A DNA stretch of 25,093 nucleotides from a virus (Duplodnaviria; Heunggongvirae; Uroviricota; Caudoviricetes), in the IMG/VR virus record IMGVR_UViG_2541047854_000006; one strand, written 5' to 3'. Position 1 is the first letter of the stretch. Every line of letters starts with the position of its first letter. Position numbers and translations under genes: made by a program. Positions 18,407 through 25,093 of the stretch are shown here, one piece after another. The notes beneath the pieces were generated by a model. That model saw only the letters and a list, made by a program, of their open reading frames with translations. It was not told the origin of the DNA and did no database searches.

Positions 18407-18819
18407 AGGAAAGGGCCAGGCTGAAAAGGGCCACGGTCAAAAATCCGCAGGCCAGAATCAGGGTTAACCGGGGGGATTTGCCCGTAATCAAGCTGGGTAA
18501 TGCGCGGGTTGTCCTGTCCCGCCGCAGGCGTCGTAAAAAGGGGCAGCGTTCATCCCTGAAAGGTGGCGGCAGCGTGCTTGTGGTGGGAAACCGTCGTATT
18601 CCCGGCGCGTTTATTCAGCAACTGAAAAATGGCCGGTGGCATGTCATGCAGCGTGTGGCCGGGAAAAACCGTTACCCCATTGATGTGGTGAAAATCCCGA
18701 TGGCGGTGCCGCTGACCACGGCGTTTAAACAGAATATTGAGCGGATACGGCGTGAGCGTCTTCCGAAAGAGCTGGGCTATGCGCTGCAGCATCAACTGAG
18801 AATGGTAATAAAGCGATGA
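18307..18819 (+). pseudogene. Tail completion protein (lambda Z) C-terminal fragment lacking a start
   Basis: Frame open from 18307; C-terminal 113-aa ORF (18478..18819) ends in ATGA overlap with U exactly as Z/U in lambda; upstream in-frame codons lack an ATG. Deletion junction with A lies near 18320. Confidence 0.6.
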
Positions 18820-19211
18820 AACATACTGAACTCCGTGCAGCCGTACTGGATGCACTGGAGAAGCATGACACCGGGGCGACGCTTTTTGATGGTCGCCCCG
18901 CTGTTTTTGATGAGGAAGATTTTCCGGCAGTTGCCGTTTATCTCACCGGCGCTGAATACACGGGCGAAGAGCTGGACAGCGATACCTGGCAGGCGGAGCT
19001 GCATATTGAAGTTTTCCTGCCTGCTCAGGTGCCGGATTCAGAGCTGGATTCGTGGATGGAGTCCCGGATTTATCCGGTGATGAGCGATATCCCGGCACTG
19101 TCAGATTTGATCACCAGTATGGTGGCCAGTGGCTATGACTACCGGCGCGACGATGATGCGGGCCTGTGGAGTTCAGCCGATCTGACTTATGTCATTACCT
19201 ATGAAATGTGA
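18816..19211 (+). CDS. Tail terminator protein, lambda U homolog
   Basis: 131-aa protein [67 protein letters not shown]... matches lambda gpU. Confidence 0.9.
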   Translation: MKHTELRAAVLDALEKHDTGATLFDGRPAVFDEEDFPAVAVYLTGAEYTGEELDSDTWQAELHIEVFLPAQVPDSELDSWMESRIYPVMSDIPALSDLITSMVASGYDYRRDDDAGLWSSADLTYVITYEM

Positions 19212-19218
19212 GGACGAT

Positions 19219-21210
19219 ATGCCAACACCAAATCCTCTGGCACCGGTGAAAGGGGCCGGGACCACACTGTGGGTTTATAACGGGAGCGGCGACCCTTATG
19301 CAAACCCGCTTTCAGACAATGACTGGTCGCGTCTGGCAAAGGTTAAAGACCTGACGCCCGGCGAACTGACCGCTGAGTCCTATGACGACAGTTATCTCGA
19401 TGATGAAGATGCGGACTGGACCGCGACCGGACAGGGGCAGAAATCTGCCGGAGATACCAGCTTCACGCTGGCGTGGATGCCCGGAGAGCAGGGGCAGCAG
19501 GCGCTGCTGGCGTGGTTTAATGAAGGTGATACCCGTGCCTATAAAATCCGCTTCCCGAACGGCACGGTCGATGTGTTCCGTGGCTGGGTCAGCAGTATCG
19601 GTAAGGCGGTGACGGCGAAGGAAGTGATTACCCGCACGGTGAAGGTCACCAATGTGGGACGTCCGTCGATGGCAGAAGATCGCAGCGCGACCAACAGCAC
19701 GTCTGAAACGCTTGCCGCGACACCAAAGGCAGTAAAAGCAGCCAATGACAATGCTGAGAAACGTCTGCAGAAAGATCAGAACGGTGCGGATATCCCTGGC
19801 AAAGATACCTTTACGAAAAATATTGGTGCCTGCCGTGCCTTCGGTGGGTCAGTAAGCACAACAACAGGAAACTGGACGACTGCACAGTTTATCGAGTGGC
19901 TGGATTCTCAGGGAGCATTTAACCATCCATACTGGATGTGCAAGGGTTCCTGGTCTTATGGCAATAATAAAATCATTACTGATACTGACTGCGGTAATAT
20001 TCATCTCGCCGGAGCTGTCATTGAAGTAATGGGGATAAAGTCAGCGATGACGATCCGCATTACCACACCGACCACCTCCACTGGTGGTGGAACAACTAAC
20101 GCCCAGTTTACCTATATTAATCACGGAACAGATTATTCACCTGGCTGGCGAAGGGACTATAACTCCAGAAATAAGCCAACGGCATCAGAGATCGGGGCGT
20201 TACCGTCAGGTGGAACAGCAGTATCATCAGTTAATCTGGCTTCAAAAGGTCGGGTAACCGCGCTGACAGACAATACGCAGGGGGCAGCAGGTCTTGAGTT
20301 ATACGAGGTGTATAACAACGGATATCCAACAGCGTATGGAAATATCATTCACCTGAAAGGGATGACAGCCGTTGGCGAAGGTGAGTTACTCATCGGCTGG
20401 AGTGGTACAAGCGGTGCTCATGCTCCGGCATTTATTCGTTCACGACGGGATACGACCGACGCAAACTGGTCGCCGTGGGCGCAGCTTTACACCTCGGCTC
20501 ATCCTCCTGCAGAGTTTTATCCAGTCGGTGCACCAATCCCGTGGCCATCAGATACCGTTCCGTCTGGTTATGCCCTGATGCAGGGGCAGACTTTTGACAA
20601 ATCTGCATACCCGAAACTTGCAGTTGCTTATCCGTCAGGCGTGATCCCTGATATGCGTGGCTGGACGATTAATGGCAAGCCCGCCAGTGGTCGGGCCGTA
20701 TTATCTCAGGAACAGGACGGCATTAAATCGCACACCCACAGCGCCAGCGCATCCAGTACGGATTTGGGGACGAAAACCACATCGTCGTTTGATTACGGAA
20801 CCAAATCCACGAATAACACCGGGGCGCATACCCATAGTATTAGCGGGACCGCAAATAGTGCCGGTGCGCACCAACACAAGAGTTCCGGTGCATTTGGTGG
20901 CACGAACACGAGCATTTTCCCTAATGGTTATACCGCGATTTCAAATCTAAGCGCGGGGATTATGAGCACAACAAGCGGTAGTGGCCAGACTCGTAATGCA
21001 GGGAAGACATCATCAGATGGTGCTCATACCCACTCGCTGTCCGGCACTGCTGCAAGCGCAGGCGCACATGCACATACTGTCGGTATTGGTGCTCATACGC
21101 ACTCCGTTGCGATTGGTTCACATGGACACACCATCACCGTTAACGCTGCTGGTAACGCGGAAAACACCGTCAAAAACATCGCATTTAACTATATTGTGAG
21201 GCTTGCATAA
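19219..21210 (+). CDS. Chimeric ORF: major tail protein (lambda V) N-terminal about 166 aa fused in frame to a side tail fiber C-terminal region
   Basis: N-terminus [20 protein letters not shown]...[11 protein letters not shown] matches lambda gpV; from [26 protein letters not shown] onward it matches the conserved shaft and C-terminal receptor-binding region of P2 H / lambda Stf-type fibres (PIPWPSD..., SHTHSASAS..., repeated GAHxH motifs, ...[11 protein letters not shown]). Start placed at the Met equivalent to the lambda V start. Confidence 0.8.
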
Positions 21211-21785
21211 TGGCATTCAGAATGAGTGAACAACCACGGACCATAAAAATTTATAATCTGCTGGCCGGAACTAATGAATTTATTGGTGAAGGTGATGCAT
21301 ATATTCCGCCTCATACAGGTCTGCCAGCAAACAGTACCGATATTGCACCGCCAGATATTCCGGCTGGCTTCGTGGCTGTTTTCAACAGTGATGAGTCATC
21401 GTGGCATCTCGTTGAAGATCATCGGGGTAAAACGGTTTATGACGTGGCTTCCGGCGACGCGTTATTTATTTCTGAACTCGGTCCGTTACCGGAAAATGTT
21501 ACCTGGTTATCGCCGGAAGGGGAGTTTCAGAAGTGGAACGGCACAGCCTGGGTGAAGGATACGGAAGCAGAAAAACTGTTCCGGATCCGGGAGGCGGAAG
21601 AAACAAAAAACAACCTGATGCAGGTAGCCAGTGAGCATATTGCGCCGCTTCAGGATGCTGCAGATCTGGAAATTGCAACGGAGGAAGAAATCTCGTTGCT
21701 GGAAGCATGGAAAAAGTATCGGGTATTGCTGAACCGTGTTGATACGTCAACTGCACAGGATATTGAATGGCCAGCACTGCCGTAG
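21210..21785 (+). CDS. Tail fiber assembly protein (Tfa family)
   Basis: 191-aa ORF starting in TAATG overlap with the fibre gene; [51 protein letters not shown]... typical of lambda Tfa / P2 G chaperones. Confidence 0.85.
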
Positions 21786-21882
21786 GGTAAAACATATAAA
21801 TTCTATAATTAGATGTATCTTTCCATTTACGGCAAGGAAGGGGGCTTGGAAGACGTAAAGCATCTCACACCGAGATTATTTT

Positions 21883-22473
21883 TTATATGTCAGGTGTCTG
21901 AAGTTTTGCTTTGGCTCTTAAAATGGTTTGCCGCGAGGTTTTGAATTCCCGGGCAATGGCACTTATACTTACACCTGACTTAATTCGTTCGAATACCGCC
22001 TGTTTCTGTTCTTCATTTAACACAGGTAGTCGACCAAAACGTTTCCCTGCGCCGCGGGCTCTTACTATCCCGGAATGAGTGCGTTCAAGTAAAAGGTCTC
22101 GTTCAAATTCAGCGACTGCTGAAATTACTTGCATCATCATTTTTCCTGTTGGACTGGTCAGGTCAATGCCACCCAATGCTAAGCAATGCACTCTGATACC
22201 TGTTTCGGTCAGTTGTTCCACTGTTTTCCTGATATCCATTGCATTACAACCAAGGCGATCCAGTTTTGTCACAATCAATTGATCACCACATTTCAGGCGA
22301 GCAAGCAACCGGTTAAAACCAGGACGCTCACTGGTTGCTGCTGAGCCGCTAATGTGTTCTTCGATTATTTGCTGAGGTTTGATTTTAAAACCTGCACTTT
22401 CGATTTCCCGGCGTTGATTTTCGGTGGTCTGATCCAGCGTTGATATCCGACAGTAAGCAAAAATTCGAGACAT
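21883..22473 (-). CDS. Serine recombinase, Pin/Gin/Hin-type DNA invertase
   Basis: 196-aa protein [29 protein letters not shown]... with resolvase-type N-terminal catalytic Ser region and C-terminal HTH ([19 protein letters not shown]); convergent with the fibre genes. Confidence 0.88.
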   Translation of the reverse strand: MSRIFAYCRISTLDQTTENQRREIESAGFKIKPQQIIEEHISGSAATSERPGFNRLLARLKCGDQLIVTKLDRLGCNAMDIRKTVEQLTETGIRVHCLALGGIDLTSPTGKMMMQVISAVAEFERDLLLERTHSGIVRARGAGKRFGRLPVLNEEQKQAVFERIKSGVSISAIAREFKTSRQTILRAKAKLQTPDI

Positions 22474-22789
22474 AGTGAGACTCTATACGAAATTGGTGTT
22501 CATATCATAATGCATCTCAGAAAATAATTATGATTATTTTTGTGCATATTTGTATGTACACGTTCGAAAATAAACGAATGCGTATGCAACCCCGTAATTT
22601 TGGTGAGACCCAAAATCGATTTTGTGAAAAATGGCTTTAACTCGGTTTGTTTTTCGAGTTCCGGGCGGACTCAAGGAAGAAGAATAGTGTTGCGTGTTAT
22701 TTTAACCAGATTTCAAGTTGTTTGGTCGTGGAAAAGTGGAGCAAAATGTTGTTAAAGTGGAAAAATGATAAAAAAGTAAGTTTATTATA

Positions 22790-23023
22790 TTACATTTTAC
22801 CATTTAAATTTTGGTTGTCTTTAAGAACTGATATCGCTGTTTGTAATAATTCTTTGTTATCCAGCCATGATTTTTTCTTTATGTTTCCTTCAATGTAATC
22901 AAGCAATGTTCTGGTATTGATAGGTCTTCCCTGTTTTGCTACTTCCACTACAGCATCCCCTAGGATAATTCTTACTTCAGGAAGCTGCGCAGGGAACCAC
23001 TTTAGGGTGTCTTTTGATTTCAT
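22790..23023 (-). CDS. Small prophage protein (YdfK/YnaE-like position next to pin), 77 aa
   Basis: Internal Met of the 88-aa track ORF is preceded by AAGGA RBS; family call from memory of gene order beside pin in Qin/Rac, not verified. Confidence 0.5.
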   Translation of the reverse strand: MKSKDTLKWFPAQLPEVRIILGDAVVEVAKQGRPINTRTLLDYIEGNIKKKSWLDNKELLQTAISVLKDNQNLNGKM

Positions 23024-23809
23024 GAAGATATTCCTTAAAATATTATTGATTTTCATTGCGATATTGTATGTCTGATTCAGGATATGTTGACTTATACATC
23101 GGTTTTGTCTGGGTTATTGGATATGCCAATCCCTAATTTTATTAGGGCATGACTAAAAATGCTGAATATGATAAGGAGAGATGTGATTATCAGTATGCTG
23201 TTCATATAGCCTCGAATTAGTAATGTGTTATATATGATATAGTTGACAATTTTTATCTTGGGTGTTCTTAAAGTTCGTAGATAAACATTGTCGTTTCAGG
23301 TATACAGGAATGCTAACAGGTGGCAGCAAAAATCAGGCGGTTTATGGCGCAAGCTGAAGCGGCAACTGCAAACTATCTTATGTAGAGACTCTACACGGAT
23401 TGGGTTTAAAAGTATACATAGATAACAGTTTTTATCTGAAAAAGAAAAATATCAAGGTGATATAGCCTATATGCCTTTGATGCGGAGGAATGAATGTGAT
23501 GGGAGTGATGTATCTGAATAGTTGAAAAACCGCAGACACGCCTTATGCAAGAACGTGCTGCGATTGGCTGGTAAATTTTTCGATAGTGTGAGTATTGAAT
23601 GATTTCCAGCCGTTCTTGATTTTACGCATAAATCCATGAAAAAACTACTTATCTGTTGGGGAGTTTTTTTGGGGCATATATGGGACAGAAATAGGCCCCA
23701 GATAGACACTGAGATCGAACTTAGGATGCTTTTTAAAAAAATGCAACTATCTGAAAAAACCTAGAAAACGCCAAGGAAACCACAGGATGGGAAAAAACAC
23801 CTGTGAATT

Positions 23810-25093
23810 ATGGATTTCCAGTTATATTCGCTCGGCGCAGCGTTAGTGTTTCATGAAATATTTTTTCCTGAATCATCAACGGCAATGGCGTTAATTTTGG
23901 CAATGGGAACCTACGGTGCAGGTTATGTGGCGCGTATTGTCGGAGCATTTATTTTCGGCAAAATGGGCGACAGAATAGGGCGTAAAAAAGTGCTCTTTAT
24001 TACCATCACCATGATGGGGATCTGTACCACCTTAATTGGTGTGTTACCGACCTATGCACAGATTGGTGTTTTTGCCCCCATCTTGCTGGTGACGCTGCGT
24101 ATTATTCAGGGGTTGGGTGCAGGTGCGGAAATTTCCGGTGCCGGTACGATGCTGGCGGAATATGCACCAAAAGGTAAGCGCGGAATTATCTCCTCATTTG
24201 TAGCTATGGGAACTAACTGCGGAACCTTGAGCGCAACGGCAATCTGGGCCTTTATGTTCTTCATTCTCAGTAAAGAGGAACTGCTGGCGTGGGGATGGCG
24301 TATACCGTTCCTGGCGAGCGTTGTCGTGATGGTCTTTGCTATCTGGTTACGTATGAATCTGAAAGAAAGCCCGGTCTTTGAGAAGGTTAATGACAGCAAC
24401 CAACCCACAGCAAAACCTGCACCTGCTGGTAGCATGTTCCAGAGCAAATCCTTCTGGCTGGCAACAGGGCTGCGTTTTGGTCAGGCGAGTAACTCCGGGT
24501 TAATTCAGACTTTCCTTGCAGGCTATTTAGTGCAGACGTTATTGTTTAACAAAGCAATTCCAACAGATGCATTGATGATTAGTTCGATTCTCGGCTTTAT
24601 GACCATTCCGTTCCTTGGTTGGTTATCCGATAAAATTGGTCGCCGGATCCCGTATATTATTATGAATACCTCCGCGATTGTGCTGGCATGGCCAATGCTT
24701 TCTATCATTGTAGATAAAAGCTATGCCCCGAGCACCATTATGGTTGCACTGATTGTGATTCATAACTGTGCGGTGCTGGGATTATTTGCTCTGGAAAACA
24801 TTACCATGGCAGAAATGTTCGGCTGTAAAAACCGCTTTACCCGGATGGCTATTTCTAAAGAAATTGGTGGTCTTATCGCTTCCGGTTTTGGTCCTATCCT
24901 GGCGGGTATTTTCTGCACCATGACGGAATCCTGGTATCCGATCGCCATTATGATCATGGCATATTCAGTGATTGGTTTAATCTCTGCGCTGAAAATGCCA
25001 GAGGTGAAAGACCGTGATTTAAGTGCGCTGGAAGACGCTGCGGAAGATCAACCGCGTGTTGTAAGAGCTGCGCAACCTTCCAGAAGTCTGTAA
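23810..25093 (+). CDS. ydfJ: MFS (metabolite:H+ symporter family) transporter, N-terminally truncated host gene
   Basis: 427-aa ORF MDFQLYSLGAALVFHEIFFPESS... begins inside the conserved (W)YDFxLYG region that normally follows a first TM helix; in-frame TGA at 23804..23806 directly upstream; Gly-rich MFS motifs (GKMGDRIGRKK). Confidence 0.85.
   Translation: MDFQLYSLGAALVFHEIFFPESSTAMALILAMGTYGAGYVARIVGAFIFGKMGDRIGRKKVLFITITMMGICTTLIGVLPTYAQIGVFAPILLVTLRIIQGLGAGAEISGAGTMLAEYAPKGKRGIISSFVAMGTNCGTLSATAIWAFMFFILSKEELLAWGWRIPFLASVVVMVFAIWLRMNLKESPVFEKVNDSNQPTAKPAPAGSMFQSKSFWLATGLRFGQASNSGLIQTFLAGYLVQTLLFNKAIPTDALMISSILGFMTIPFLGWLSDKIGRRIPYIIMNTSAIVLAWPMLSIIVDKSYAPSTIMVALIVIHNCAVLGLFALENITMAEMFGCKNRFTRMAISKEIGGLIASGFGPILAGIFCTMTESWYPIAIMIMAYSVIGLISALKMPEVKDRDLSALEDAAEDQPRVVRAAQPSRSL

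Noticed and set aside
19382-21199. Alternative-frame ORFs (19382..19612, 20372..20578, 20657..20950, 20981..21199) within the V/tail-fibre gene
   Set aside because: The main frame carries well-conserved tail protein and fibre motifs; these are Pro/Arg-rich out-of-frame translations.
21786-21882. Searched for Gin/Hin-type recombination sites between tfa and pin
   Set aside because: Only a weak imperfect dyad (TTTACG...CGTAAA) is present; nothing matching the invertase crossover consensus, so no invertible segment was called.
23467-23709. 80-aa minus-strand ORF in the AT-rich region near the prophage right end
   Set aside because: No RBS, in a probable junction/promoter region; translation is not convincing.

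Overview
The window reads as an almost complete, defective lambdoid prophage of Escherichia coli, closely resembling the Qin cryptic prophage of K-12, running from its integrase (left edge) to the junction with a truncated host transporter gene (about 23.8 kb). All identifications are by reading the supplied translations and DNA against remembered protein and site sequences; no database search was run. Order, left to right: integrase, excisionase-like gene and a 709-aa exonuclease-like gene (minus strand); a DicA/DicC immunity switch; a decayed early-right region (frameshifted ORF, methyltransferase-like ORF with an in-frame stop, small ORFs with in-frame amber codons, a small membrane peptide) interrupted by a DDE transposase; flxA with a sigma-28 promoter; the relB-relE-hokD toxin-antitoxin operon; a Q antiterminator remnant with late promoter and terminator; cspF and cspB; an intact lysis cassette (dual-start pinholin, ydfR, signal-anchored lysozyme, Rz with embedded Rz1); cspI and gnsB; a lambda-type cos site with Nu1; then a heavily deleted morphogenesis region (terminase A fragment joined to a Z fragment, U, a chimeric V/tail-fiber ORF, tail-fiber assembly gene), a Pin-type invertase, and the truncated ydfJ transporter gene. 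No rRNA, tRNA or CRISPR array was seen. I did not find a clearly novel multi-gene system; the most unusual observations are the in-frame V/tail-fiber chimera, the run of stop-interrupted ORFs, and an intact cos-Nu1 unit beside a truncated terminase.
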